Shown piece by piece: positions 1 to 13,917 of a stretch of 64,000 nt of DNA (its first letter is position 1; each line of letters begins with the position of its first letter). Source of the stretch: Antedon mediterranea. Its lineage: Eukaryota > Animalia > Echinodermata. The notes beneath the pieces were generated by a model. It did no database searches. It had not been told where the DNA came from and saw only the letters and a program-made list of their open reading frames with translations. The stretch covers positions 12,448,771-12,512,770 of the forward strand of contig NC_092676.1 in NCBI RefSeq assembly GCF_964355755.1, read 5' to 3'. A program made the translations under genes and the position numbers.

Positions 1-3000
1 CATCAAAGTGCTTAAAATCACATTTAAAACCGTTTTAGAGCGTTTTGAGCATTTCGATAAACTTTTCACACAAAAACATCAAAGTGCACAAAATAGCTTC
101 AAATCGCATTTAGAGATGTTTTAGACCATTTTGTGCATTTCGATAAAACTTTTCACACAAAAACATCAAATTGCACAAAAAAGCTTAATACCGTGTTTGA
201 AATCGTTTTAAACCAATTTGAGCATGTCGAAAAAACTTTTCACACAAAAACATCAAAGTGCACAGAATATCTTCAAATCGCATTTAGAGACGTTTTAGAC
301 CATTTTGTGCATTTCGAAAAAATTTGTTAACATAAAAAGACCAAAGTGTTTAGAATATCTCCAAATTGCATTTGGAGACGTTTTAGACCATTTTGTGCAT
401 TTCGATGAAACTTGGTTACACAAAAACATTAAAGTGCTTAAAATCACATTTGAAACCGTTTTAGAGCATTTTGAGCATTTCGATAAAACTTTTCACACAA
501 AAACATCAAAGTGTACAAAATAGCTTCAAATCACATTTGAAACCGTTTTAGACCATTTTGAGCATTTCGATAAAACTTTTCACACAAAAACATCAAAGTG
601 TACAAAATAGCTTCAAATCGCATTTGGAGACGTTTTAGACCATTTTGTGCATTTCGATGAAACTTGGTTACACAAAAACATCAAAGTGCTTAAAATCACA
701 TTTGAAACCGTTTTAGAGCATTTTTAGCATTTCGATAATACTTTTCACACAAAAACATCAAAGTGTACAAAATAGCTTCAAATCGCATTTGGAGACGTTT
801 TAGACCATTTTGTGCATTTCGATGAAACTTGGTTACACAAAAACATCAAAGTGCTTAAAATCACATTTGAAATCGTTTTAGACCATTTTGAGCATTTCGA
901 TAAAACTTTTCACACAAAAAAATCAAAGTGCACAAAATAGCTTCAAATCGCATTTGGAGACGTTTTAGACTATTTTGTGCATTTCGAAAAAATTTGTTAA
1001 CATAAAAAGACCAAAGTGTTTAGAATATCTCCAAATCGCATTTGGAGACGTTTTAAATCATTTTGTGCATTTCGATGGAACTTGGTTACACAAAAACATC
1101 AAAGTGCTTAAAATCACATTTAAAACCGTTTTAGAGCATTTTGAGCATTTCGATAAAACTTTTCACACAAAAACATCAAAGTGTACAAAATAGCTTCAAA
1201 TCGCATTTAGAGAGGTTTTAGACCATTTTGTGCATTTCGATAAAACTTTACACACAAAAACATCAAAGTGTACAAAATAGCTTCAAATCGCATTTAGAGA
1301 CGTTTTAGACCATTTTGTGCATTTCGATAAAACTTTTCACACAAAAACATCAAATTGCACAAAATAGCTTAATATCGTGTTTGAAAACGTTTTAAACCAT
1401 TTTGAGCATGTCGATAAAACTTTTCACACAAAAATATCAAAGTGCACAGAATATCTTCAAATCGCATTTAGAGACGTTTTAGACCATTTTGTGCATTTCG
1501 AAAAAATTTGTTAACATAAAAAGACCAAAGTGTTTAGAATATCTCCAAATCGCATTTGGAGACGTTTTAGACCATTTTGTGCATTTCGATGAAACTTGGT
1601 TACATAAAAACATCAAAGTGCTTAAAATCACATTTAAAACCGTTTTAGAGCGTTTTGAGCATTTCGATAAACTTTTCACACAAAAACATCAAAGTGCACA
1701 AAATAGCTTCAAATCGCATTTAGAGATGTTTTAGACCATTTTGTGCATTTCGAAAAAACTTTTCACACAAAAACATCAAATTGCACACAATAGCTTAATA
1801 CCGTGTTTGAAATCGTTTTAAACCATTTTGAGCATGTCGATAAAACTTTTCACACAAAAACATCAAAGTGCACAGAATATCTTCAAATCGCATATAGAGA
1901 CGTTTTAGACCATTTTGTGCATTTCGAAAAAATTTGTTAACATTAAAAGACCAAAGTGTTTAGAATATCTCCAAATCGCATTTGGAGACGTTTTAGACCA
2001 TTTTGTGCATTTCGATGAAACTTGGTTACACAAAAACATCAAAGTGCTTAAAATCACATTTGAAACCGTTTTAGAGCATTTTGAGCATTTCGATAAAACT
2101 TTTCACACAAAAACATCAAAGTGTACAAAATAGCTTCAAATCACATTTGAAACCGTTTTAGACCATTTTGAGCATTTCGATAAAACTTTTCACACAAAAA
2201 CATCAAAGTGTACAAAATGGCTTCAAATCGCATTTGGAGACGTTTTAGAGCATTTTGAGCATTTCGATCAAACTTTTCACACAAAAACATCAAAGTGTAC
2301 AAAATAACTTCAAATCGCATTTAGAGACGTTTTAGACCATTTTGTGCATTTTGGTAAAACTTTTCACACAAAAACATCAAATTGCACAAAATAGCTTAAT
2401 ATCGTGTTTGAAAACGTTTTAAACCATTTTGAGCATGTCGATAAAACTTTTCACATAAAAATATCAAAGTGCACAGAATAGCTTCAAATCGCATTTGGAG
2501 ACGTTTTAGACCATTTTGTGCATTTTGGTAAAACTTTTCACACAAAAACATCAAATTGCACAAAATAGCTTAATATCGTGTTTGAAAACGTTTTAAACCA
2601 TTTTGAGCATGTCGATAAAACTTTTCACTCAAAAATATCAAAGTGCACAGAATATCTTCAAATCGCATTTAGAGACGTTTTAGACCATTTTGTGCATTTT
2701 GAAAAAATTTGTTAACATAAAAAGACCAAAGTGTTTAGAATATCTCCAAATCGCATTTGGAGACGTTTTAGACCATTTTGTGTTTTTCGAAAAAACTTTT
2801 CACACAAAAACATCAAAGTGTACAAAATTGCTTCAAATCGCATTTGGAGACGTTTTAGACCATTTCGTGCATTTTGGTAAAACTTTTCACACAAAAACAT
2901 CAAAATTCACAAAATAGCTTAATATCGTGTTTGAAAACGTTTTAAACCATTTTGAGCATGTCGATAAAACTTTTCACTCAAAAATATCAAAGTGCACAGA

Positions 3001-4376
3001 ATATCTTCAAATCGCATTTAGAGACGTTTTAGACCATTTTGTGCATTTCGAAAAAAATTGTTAACATAAAAAGACCAAAGTGTTTAGAATATCTCCAAAT
3101 CGCATTTGGAGACGTTTTAGACCATTTTGCGCATTTCGATGAAACTTGGTTACACAAAAACATCAAAGTGCTTAAAATCACATTTAAAACCGTTTTAGAG
3201 CGTTTTGAGCATTTCGATAAACTTTTCAAACAAAAACATCAAAGTGTACAAAATAGCTTCAAATCGTATTTGGAGACGTTTTAGACCATTTTGTGCGTTT
3301 CGATGAATCTTGGTTACACAAAAACATCAAAGTGCTTAAAATCACATTTAAAACCGTTTTAGTGCATTTTGAGCATTTCGATAAAACTTTTCACACAAAA
3401 ACATCAAAGTGCACAAAATAGCTTCAAATCGCATTTAGAGATGTTTTAGACCATTTTGTGCGTTTCGATAAAACTTTTCACACAAAAACATCAAATTGCA
3501 CAAAATAGCTTAATATCGTGTTTGAAAACGTTTTAGACCATTTTGAGCATGTCGATAAAACTTTTCACACAAAAACATAAAAGTGCACAAAATAGCTTCA
3601 AATCGCATTTAGAGATGTTTTAGACCATTTTGTGCGTTTCGATAAAACTTTTCACACAAAAACATCAAATTGCACAAAATAGCTTAATATCGTGTTTGAA
3701 AACGTTTTAGACCATTTTGAGCATGTCGATAAAACTTTTCACACAAAAACATAAAAGTGCACAGAATAGCTTCAAATCGCATTTGGAGACGTTTTAGACC
3801 ATTTTGTGCATTTCGAAAAAACTTTTTAACATAAAAACACCAAAGTGCTTAGAATAGCTTCAAATCGCATTTGGAGACGTTTTAGACCATTTTGTGCATT
3901 TCGATGAAACTTGGTTACACAAAAACATCAAAGTGCTTAAAATCACATTTGAAACCGTTATAGAGCATTTTTAGCATTTCGATAAAACTTTTCACACAAA
4001 AACATCAAAGTGTACAAAATAGCTTCAAATCACATTTGAAACCGTTTTAGACCATTTTGAGCATTTCGATAAAACTTTTCACACAAAAACATCAAAGTGT
4101 ACAGAATAGCTTCAAATCGCATTTGGAGACGTTTTAGACCATTTTGTGCATTTCGATGAAACTTGGTTACACAAAAACATCAAAGTGCTTAAAATCACAT
4201 TTGAAACCGTTTTAGAGCATTTTTAACATTTCGATAATACTTTTCACACAAAAACATCAAAGTGTACAAAATAGCTTCAAATCACATTTGAAACCGTTTT
4301 AGACCATATTGAGCATTTCGATAAAACTTTTCACACAAAAACATCAAAGTGTACAAAATAGCTTCAAATCGCATTT
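1..4376 (+). repeat. Third copy of the block at 12525-17530 and about 46007-50380
   Basis: Offsets 12524/13154 (ORFs 133/12657, 975/13499, 3039/16193). Shared markers include CGCATATAG, TTTTGGTAAAAC and CCGTTATAG. It diverges from the other copies at 4377. Confidence 0.9.
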
Positions 4377-4379
4377 AGA

Positions 4380-7300
4380 GAGGTTTTAGACAATTTTGTG
4401 CATTTCGATAAAACTTTTCACACAAAAACATCAAAGTGTACAAAATAGCTTTAAATTGCATTTAGAGACGTTTTAGACCATTTTGTGCATTTCGATAAAA
4501 CTTTTCACACAAAAACATCAAATTGCACAAAATCGTTTTAAACCATTTTAAATCGTTTTAAACCATTTTGAGCATTTCGATAAAACTTTTCACAAAAAAC
4601 ATCAAAGTGCACAGAATAGCTTCAAATTGCATTTGGAGACGTTTTAGAGCATTTTGTGCATTTCGATAAAATGTGTTAACATAAAAAGACCAAAGTGTTT
4701 AGAATATCTTCAAATCACATTTGGAGACGTTTTAGACCATTTTTTGCATTTCGATGAAACTTGGTTACACAAAAACATCAAAGTGCTTAAAATCACATTT
4801 GAAACCGTTTTAGAGCATTTTGAGCATTTCGATAAAACTTTTCACACAAAAACATCAAAGTGTACAAAATAGCTTCAAATCGCATTTAGAGACGTTTTAG
4901 ACCATTTTGTGCATTTCGAAAAAATTTGTTAACATAAAAAGACCAAAGTGTTTAGAATATCTCCAAATCACATTTGGAGACGTTTTAGACCATTTTGTGC
5001 ATTTCGATGAAACTTGGTTACACAAAAACATCAAAGTGCTTAAAATCACATTTGAAACCGTTTTAGAGCATTTTTAGCATTTCGATAATACTTTTCACAC
5101 AAAAACATCAAAGTGTACAAAATAGCTTCAAATCGCATTTGGAGACGTTTTAGACCATTTTGTGCATTTCGATGAAACTTGGTTACACAAAAACATCAAA
5201 GTGCTTAAAATCACATTTGAAACCGTTTTAGACCATTTTGAGCATTTCGATAAAACTTTTCACACAAAAAAATCAAAGTGCACAAAATAGCTTCAAATCG
5301 CATTTGGAGACGTTTTAGACTATTTTGTGCATTTTGAAAAAATTTGTTAACATAAAAAGACCAAAGTGTTTAGAATATCTCCAAATCGCATTTGGAGACG
5401 TTTTAAACCATTTTGTGCATTTCGATGGAACTTGGTTACACAAAAACATCAAAGTGCTTAAAATCACATTTAAAACCGTTTTAGAGCATTTTGAGCATTT
5501 CGATAAAACTTTTCACACAAAAACATCAAAGTGTACAAAATAGCTTCAAATCGCATTTAGAGACGTTTTAGACCATTTTGTGCATTTCGATAAAACTTTT
5601 CACACAAAAACATCAAATTGCACAAATAGCTTAATACCGTGTTTGAAATCGTTTTAAACCATTTTGAGCATGTCGATAAAACTTTTCACAAAAAAACATC
5701 AAAGTGCACAGAATAGCTTCAAATCGCATTTGGAGACGTTTTAAACCATTTTGTGCATTTCGATAAAACTTTTCACATAAAAACAACAAAGTGTACAAAA
5801 TAGCTTCAAATCGCATTTGGAGACGTTTTAGACCATTTTGTGCATTTCGATGAAACTCATCAAAGTGCTTAAAATCACATTTGAAACCGTTTTAGAGCAT
5901 TTTGAGCATTTCGATAAAACTTTTCACACAAAAACATCAAAGTGTACAAAATAGCTTCAAATCACATTTGAAACCGTTTTAGACCATATTGAGCATTTCG
6001 ATAAAACTTTTCACACAAAGACATCAAAGTGTACAAAATAGCTTCAAATCGCATTTGGAGACGTTTTAGACCATTTTGTGTATTTCGATGAAACTTGGTT
6101 ACACAAAAACATCAAAGTGCTTAAAATCACATTTGAAAGCGTTTTAGAGCATTTTTAGCATTTCGATAATACTTTTCACACAAAAACATCAAAGTGTACA
6201 AAATAGCTTCAAATCGCATTTGGAGACGTTTTAGACCATTTTGTGCATTTCGATGAAACTTGGTTACACAAAAACATCAAAGTGCTTAAAATCACATTTA
6301 AAACAGTTTTAGAGCATTTTGAGCATTTCGATAAAACTTTTCACACAAAAACATCAAAGTGTACAAAATAGCTTCAAATCGCATTTAAAGAGGTTTTAGA
6401 CCATTTTGTGCATTTCGATAAAACTTTTCACACAAAAACATCAAAGTGTACAAAATAGCTTCAAATCGCATTTAGAGACGTTTTAGACCATCTTGTGCAT
6501 TTCGATAAAACTTTTCACACAAAAACATCAAATTGCACAAAATAGCTTAATATCGTGTTTTAAAACGTTTTAAACCATTTTGAGCATGTCGATAAAACTT
6601 TTCACACAAAAATATCAAAGTGCACAGAATATCTTCAAATCGCATTTAGAGACGTTTTAGACCATTTTGTGCATTTCGAAAAAATTTGTTAACATAAAAA
6701 GACCAAAGTGTTTAGAATATCTCCAAATCGCATTTGGAGACGTTTTAGACCATTTTGTGTTTTTCGAAAAAACTTTTCACACAAAAACATCAAAGTGTAC
6801 AAAATTGCTTCAAATCGCATTTGGAGACGTTTTAGACCATTTTGTGATTTTCGAAAAACTTTTCACACAAAAACATCAAAGTGTAGAAAATTGCTTCAAA
6901 TCGCATTTAGAGACGTTTTAGACCATTTTGTGCATTTCGAAAAAATTTGTTAACATAAAAAGACCAAAGTGTTTAGAATATTTCCAAATCGCATTTGGAG
7001 ACGTTTTAGACCATTTTGTGCATTTCGATGAAACTTGGTTACACAAAAACATCAAAGTGCTTAAAATCACATTTTAAACCGTTTTAGAGCGTTTTGAGCA
7101 TTTCGATAAACTTTTCACACAAAAACATCAAAGTGCACAAAATAGCATTTAGAGATGTTTTAGACCATTTTGTGCATTTCGATAAAACTTTTCACACAAA
7201 AACATCAAATTGCACAAAAAAGCTTAATACCGTGTTTGAAATCGTTTTAAACCAATTTGAGCATGTCGATAAAACTTTTCACACAAAAACATCAAAGTGC

Positions 7301-10300
7301 ACAGAATATCTTCAAATCGCATTTAGAGACGTTTTAGACCATTTTGTGCATTTCGAAAAAATTTGTTAACATAAAAAGACCAAAGTGTTTAGAATATCTC
7401 CAAATCGCATTTGGAGACGTTTTAAACCATTTTGTGCATTTCGATGGAACTTGGTTACACAAAAACATCAAAGTGCTTAAAATCACATTTGAAAGCGTTT
7501 TAGAGCATTTTTAGCATTTCGATAATACTTTTCACACAAAAACATCAAAGTGTACAGAATAGCTTCAAATCGCATTTGGAGACGTTTTAGACCATTTTGT
7601 GCATTTCGATGAAACTTGGTTACACAAAAACATCAAAGTGCTTAAAATCACATTTGAAACCGTTTTAGAGCATTTTTAACATTTCGATAATACTTTTCAC
7701 ACAAAAACATCAAAGTGTACAAAATAGCTTCAAATCGCATTTGGAGACGTTTTAGACCATTTTGTGCATTTCGATGAAACTTGGTTACACAAAAACATCA
7801 AAGTGCTTAAAATCACATTTGAAAGCGTTTTAGAGCATTTTTAGCATTTCGATAATACTTTTCACACAAAAACATCAAAGTGCACAAAATAGCTTCAAAT
7901 CGCATTTAGAGATGTTTTAGACCATTTTGTGCATTTCGATAAAACTTTTCACACAAAAACATCAAATTGCACAAAATACCGTGTTTGAAATCATTTTAAA
8001 CCATTTTGAGCATGTCGATAAAACTTTTCACACAAAAACATCAAAGTTTTTAGAATATCTCCAAATCGCATTTGGAGACGTTTTAGACCATTTTGTGCAT
8101 TTCGATGAAACTTGGTTACACAAAAACATCAAAGTGCTTAAAATCACATTTGAAACCGTTTTAGAGCATTTTGAGCATTTCGATAAAACTTTTCAAACAA
8201 AAACATCAAAGTGTACAAAATAGCTTCAAATCACATTTGAAACCGTTTTAGACCATTTTGAGCATTTCGACAAAACTTTTCACACAAAAACATCAAAGTG
8301 TACAAAATAGCTTCAAATCGCATTTGGAGACGTTTTAGACCATTTTGTGCATTTCGATGAAACTTGGTTACACAAAAACATCAAAGTGCTTAAAATCACA
8401 TTTGAAACCGTTTTAGAGCATTTTTAGCATTTCGATAATACTTTTCACACAAAACATCAAAGTGTACAAAATAGCTTCAAATCGCATTTGGAGACGTTTT
8501 AGACCATTTTGTGCATTTCGATGAAACTTGGTTACACAAAAACATCAAAGTGCTTAAAATCACATTTGAAACCGTTTTAGACCATTTTGAGCATTTCGAT
8601 AAAACTTTTCACACAAAAAAATCAAAGTGCACAAAATAGCTTCAAATCGCATTTGGGGACGTTTTAGACTATTTTGTGCATTTCGAAAAAAATTGTTAAC
8701 ATAAAAAGACCAAAGTGTTTAGAATATCTCCAAATCGCATTTGGAGACGTTTTAAACCATTTTGTGCATTTCGATGGAACTTGGTTACACAAAAACATCA
8801 AAGTGCTTAAAATCACATTTAAAACCGTTTTAGAGCATTTTTAGCATTTCGATAAAACTTTTCACACAAAAACATCAAAGTGTACAAAATAGCTTCAAAT
8901 CGCATTTAGAGAGGTTTTAGACAATTTTGTGCATTTCGATAAAACTTTTCACACAAAAACATCAAAGTGTACAAAATAGCTTCAAATTGCATTTAGAGAC
9001 GTTTTAGACCATTTTGTGCATTTCGATCAAACTTTTCACACAAAAACATCAAATTGCACAAAATCGTTTTAAACCATTTTAAATCGTTTTAAACCATTTT
9101 GAGCATGTCGATAAAACTTTTCACAAAAAACATCAAAGTGCACAGAATAGCTTCAAATTGCATTTGGAGACGTTTTAGAGCATTTTGTGCATTTCGATAA
9201 AATGTGTTAACATAAAAAGACCAAAGTGTTTAGAATATCTTCAAATCACATTTGGAGACGTTTTAGACCATTTTTTGCATTTCGATGAAACTTGGTTACA
9301 CAAAAACATCAAAGTGCTTAAAATCACATTTGAAACCGTTTTAGAGCATTTTGAGCATTTCGATAAAACTTTTCACACAAAAACATCAAAGTGTACAAAA
9401 TAGCTTCAAATCGCATTTAGAGACGTTTTAGACCATTTTTTGCATTTCGATGAAACTTGGTTACACAAAAACATCAAAGTGCTTAAAATCACATTTAAAA
9501 CCGTTTTAGAGCATTTTTAGCATTTCGATAAAACTTTTCACACAAAAACATCAAAGTGTACAAAATAGCTTCAAATCGCATTTAGAGAGGTTTTAGACAA
9601 TTTTGTGCATTTCGATAAAACTTTTCACACAAAAACATCAAAGTGTACAAAATAGCTTCAAATTGCATTTAGAGACGTTTTAGACCATTTTGTGCATTTC
9701 GATAAAACTTTTCACACAAAAACATCAAATTGCACAAAATCGTTTTAAACCATTTTAAATCGTTTTAAACCATTTTGAGCATTTCGATAAAACTTTTCAC
9801 AAAAAAACATCAAAGTGCACAGAATAGCTTCAAATTGCATTTGGAGACGTTTTAGAGCATTTTGTGCATTTCGATAAAATGTGTTAACATAAAAAGACCA
9901 AAGTGTTTAGAATATCTTCAAATCACATTTGGAGACGTTTTAGACCATTTTTTGCATTTCGATGAAACTTGGTTACACAAAAACATCAAAGTGCTTAAAA
10001 TCACATTTGAAACCGTTTTAGAGCATTTTGAGCATTTCGATAAAACTTTTCACACAAAAACATCAAAGTGTACAAAATAGCTTCAAATCGCATTTAGAGA
10101 CGTTTTAGACCATTTTGTGCATTTCGAAAAAATTTGTTAACATAAAAAGACCAAAGTGTTTAGAATATCTCCAAATCGCATTTGGAGACGTTTTAGACCA
10201 TTTTGTGCATTTCGATGAAACTTGGTTACACAAAAACATCAAAGTGCTTAAAATCACATTTGAAACCGTTTTAGAGCATTTTTAGCATTTCGATAATACT

Positions 10301-12795
10301 TTTCACACAAAAACATCAAAGTGTACAAAATAGCTTCAAATCGCATTTGGAGACGTTTTAGACCATTTTGTGCATTTCGATGAAACTTGGTTACACAAAA
10401 ACATCAAAGTGCTTAAAATCACATTTGAAACCGTTTTAGACCATTTTGAGCATTTCGATAAAACTTTTCACACAAAAAAATCAAAGTGCACAAAATAGCT
10501 TCAAATCGCATTTGGAGACGTTTTAGACTATTTTGTGCATTTTGAAAAAATTTGTTAACATAAAAAGACCAAAGTGTTTAGAATATCTCCAAATCGCATT
10601 TGGAGACGTTTTAAACCATTTTGTGCATTTCGATGGAACTTGGTTACACAAAAACATCAAAGTGCTTAAAATCACATTTAAAACCGTTTTAGAGCATTTT
10701 GAGCATTTCGATAAAACTTTTCACACAAAAACATCAAAGTGTACAAAATAGCTTCAAATCGCATTTAGAGACGTTTTAGACCATTTTGTGCATTTCGATA
10801 AAACTTTTCACACAAAAACATCAAATTGCACAAATAGCTTAATACCGTGTTTGAAATCGTTTTAAACCATTTTGAGCATGTCGATAAAACTTTTCACAAA
10901 AAAACATCAAAGTGCACAGAATAGCTTCAAATCGCATTTGGAGACGTTTTAAACCATTTTGTGCATTTCGATAAAACTTTTCACATAAAAACAACAAAGT
11001 GTACAAAATAGCTTCAAATCGCATTTGGAGACGTTTTAGACCATTTTGTGCATTTCGATGAAACTTGGTTACACAAAAACATCAAAGTGCTTAAAATCAC
11101 ATTTGAAACCGTTTTAGAGCATTTTGAGCATTTCGATAAAACTTTTCACACAAAAACATCAAAGTGTACAAAATAGCTTCAAATCACATTTGAAACCGTT
11201 TTAGACCATATTGAGCATTTCGATAAAACTTTTCACACAAAAACATCAAAGTGTACAAAATAGCTTCAAATCGCATTTGGAGACGTTTTAGACCATTTTG
11301 TGTATTTCGATGAAACTTGGTTACACAAAAACATCAAAGTGCTTAAAATCACATTTGAAAGCGTTTTAGAGCATTTTTAGCATTTCGATAATACTTTTCA
11401 CACAAAAACATCAAAGTGTACAAAATAGCTTCAAATCGCATTTGGAGACGTTTTAGACCATTTTGTGCATTTCGATGAAACTTGGTTACACAAAAACATC
11501 AAAGTGCTTAAAATCACATTTAAAACAGTTTTAGAGCATTTTGAGCATTTCGATAAAACTTTTCACACAAAAACATCAAAGTGTACAAAATAGCTTCAAA
11601 TCGCATTTAGAGACGTTTTAGACCATTTTGTGCATTTCGAAAAAATTTGTTAACATAAAAAGACCAAAGTGTTTAGAATATCTCCAAATCGCATTTGGAG
11701 ACGTTTTAGACCATTTTGTGCATTTCAATGAAACTTGGTTACACAAAAACATCAAAGTGCTTAAAATCACATTTGAAACCGTTTTAGAGCATTTTTAGCA
11801 TTTCGATAATACTTTTCACACAAAAACATCAAAGTGTACAAAATAGCTTCAAATCGCATTTAGAGAGGTTTTAGACCATTTTGTGCATTTCGATAAAACT
11901 TTTCACACAAAAACATCAAAGTGTACAAAATAGCTTCAAATCGCATTTAGAGACGTTTTAGACCATTTTGTGCATTTCGATAAAACTTTTCACACAAAAA
12001 CATCAAATTGCACAAAATAGCTTAATACCGTGTTTGAAATCGTTTTAAACCATTTTGAGCATGTCGATAAAACTTTTCACAAAAAAACATCAAAGTGCAC
12101 AGAATAGCTTCAAATCGCATTTGGAGACGTTTTAAACCATTTTGAGCATTTCGATAAAACTTTTCACACAAAAACATCAAAGTGTACAAAATAGCTTCAA
12201 ATCGCATTTAGAGAGGTTTTAGACCATTTTGTGCATTTCGATAAAACTTTTCACACAAAAACATCAAATTGCACAAAATAGCTTAATATCGTGTTTGAAA
12301 ACGTTTTAAACCATTTTGAGCATGTCGATAAAACTTTTCACACAAAATTATCAAAGCGCACAGAATATCTTCAAATCGCATTTAGAGACGTTTTAGACCA
12401 TTTTGTGCATTTCGAAAAAATTTGTTAACATAAAAAGACCAAAGTGTTTAGAATATCTCCAAATCGCATTTGGAGACGTTTTAGACCATTTTGTGCATTT
12501 CGATGAAACTTGATTACACAAAAACATCAAAGTGCTTAAAATCACATTTAAAACAGTTTTAGAGCGTTTTGAGCATTTCGATAAACTTTTCACACAAAAA
12601 CATCAAAGTGCACAAAATAGCTTCAAATCGCATTTAGAGATGTTTTAGACCATTTTGTGCATTTCGATAAAACTTTTCACACAAAAACATCAAATTGCAC
12701 AAAAAAGCTTAATACCGTGTTTGAAATCGTTTTAAACCAATTTGAGCATGTCGAAAAAACTTTTCACACAAAAACATCAAAGTGCACAGAATATC
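4380..12795 (+). repeat. About 8-kb block duplicated at roughly 35240-42886
   Basis: Offsets step 30864, 30774, 30782, 30105, 30091. Each step is explained by a visible indel (88+2 bp, 8 bp, one 677-bp unit, 14 bp). Confidence 0.85.
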
Positions 12796-13892
12796 TTCAA
12801 ATCGCATTTAGAGACGTTTTAGACCATTTTGTGCATTTCGAAAAAATTTGTTAACATAAAAAGACCAAAGTGTTTAGAATATCTCCAAATCGCATTTGGA
12901 GACGTTTTAGACCATTTTGTGCATTTCGATGAAACTTGGTTACACAAAAACATCAAAGTGCTTAAAATCACATTTGAAACCGTTTTAGAGCATTTTGAGC
13001 ATTTCGATAAAACTTTTCACACAAAAACATCAAAGTGTACAAAATAGCTTCAAATCACATTTGAAACCGTTTTAGACCATTTTGAGCATTTCGATAAAAC
13101 TTTTCACACAAAAACATCAAAGTGTACAAAATAGCTTCAAATCGCATTTGGAGACGTTTTAGACCATTTTGTGCATTTCGATGAAACTTGGTTACACAAA
13201 AACATCAAAGTGCTTAAAATCACATTTGAAACCGTTTTAGAGCATTTTTAGCATTTCGATAATACTTTTCACACAAAAACATCAAAGTGTACAAAATAGC
13301 TTAAAAACGCATTTGGAGACGTTTTAGACCATTTTGTGCATTTCGATGAAACTTGGTTACACAAAAACATCAAAGTGCTTAAAATCACATTTGAAATCGT
13401 TTTAGACCATTTTGAGCATTTCGATAAAACTTTTCACACAAAAAAATCAAAGTGCACAAAATAGCTTCAAATCGCATTTGGAGACGTTTTAGACTATTTT
13501 GTGCATTTCGAAAAAATTTGTTAACATAAAAAGACCAAAGTGTTTAGAATATCTCCAAATCGCATTTGGAGACGTTTTAAATCATTTTGTGCATTTCGAT
13601 GGAACTTGGTTACACAAAAACATCAAAGTGCTTAAAATCACATTTAAAACCGTTTTAGAGCATTTTGAGCATTTCGATAAAACTTTTCACACAAAAACAT
13701 CAAAGTGTACAAAATAGCTTCAAATCGCATTTAGAGAGGTTTTAGACCATTTTGTGCATTTCGATAAAACTTTACACACAAAAACATCAAAGTGTACAAA
13801 ATAGCTTCAAATCGCATTTAGAGACGTTTTAGACCATTTTGTGCATTTCGATAAAACTTTTCACACAAAAACATCAAATTGCACAAAATAGC

Positions 13893-13896
13893 TTAA
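13893..13896. repeat. Left TTAA target-site duplication
   Basis: TTAA is present once at the empty sites and twice here (13893-13896 and 14523-14526). Confidence 0.95.
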
Positions 13897-13917
13897 AGAC
13901 CCCTTCCCTGCAATTTT
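13897..13917 (+). repeat. Left imperfect terminal inverted repeat of the MITE
   Basis: AGACCCCTTCCCTGCAATTTT versus the reverse complement of the right end, AGCCCCATTCCCTACGTTTTT: 11/13 identical at the tip and 16/21 overall. Confidence 0.85.

Larger units (their letters stand above)
1..13896 (+). repeat. Satellite DNA array, ~87-bp monomer family (78/87/88-bp classes), left of the MITE; continues beyond the window start
   Basis: Continuous tandem copies of the consensus TTTCGATAAAACTTTTCACACAAAAACATCAAAGTGTACAAAATAGCTTCAAATCGCATTTGGAGACGTTTTAGACCATTTTGTGCA (87 bp, counted by hand) and its variants, all in one orientation. The ORF track repeats the same short peptides many times. Confidence 0.99.

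Noticed and set aside
478-495. CENP-B box at TTTCGATAAAAC
   Set aside because: TTCG and the central A are present, but the required CGGG is missing (TTTT or TTGG instead).
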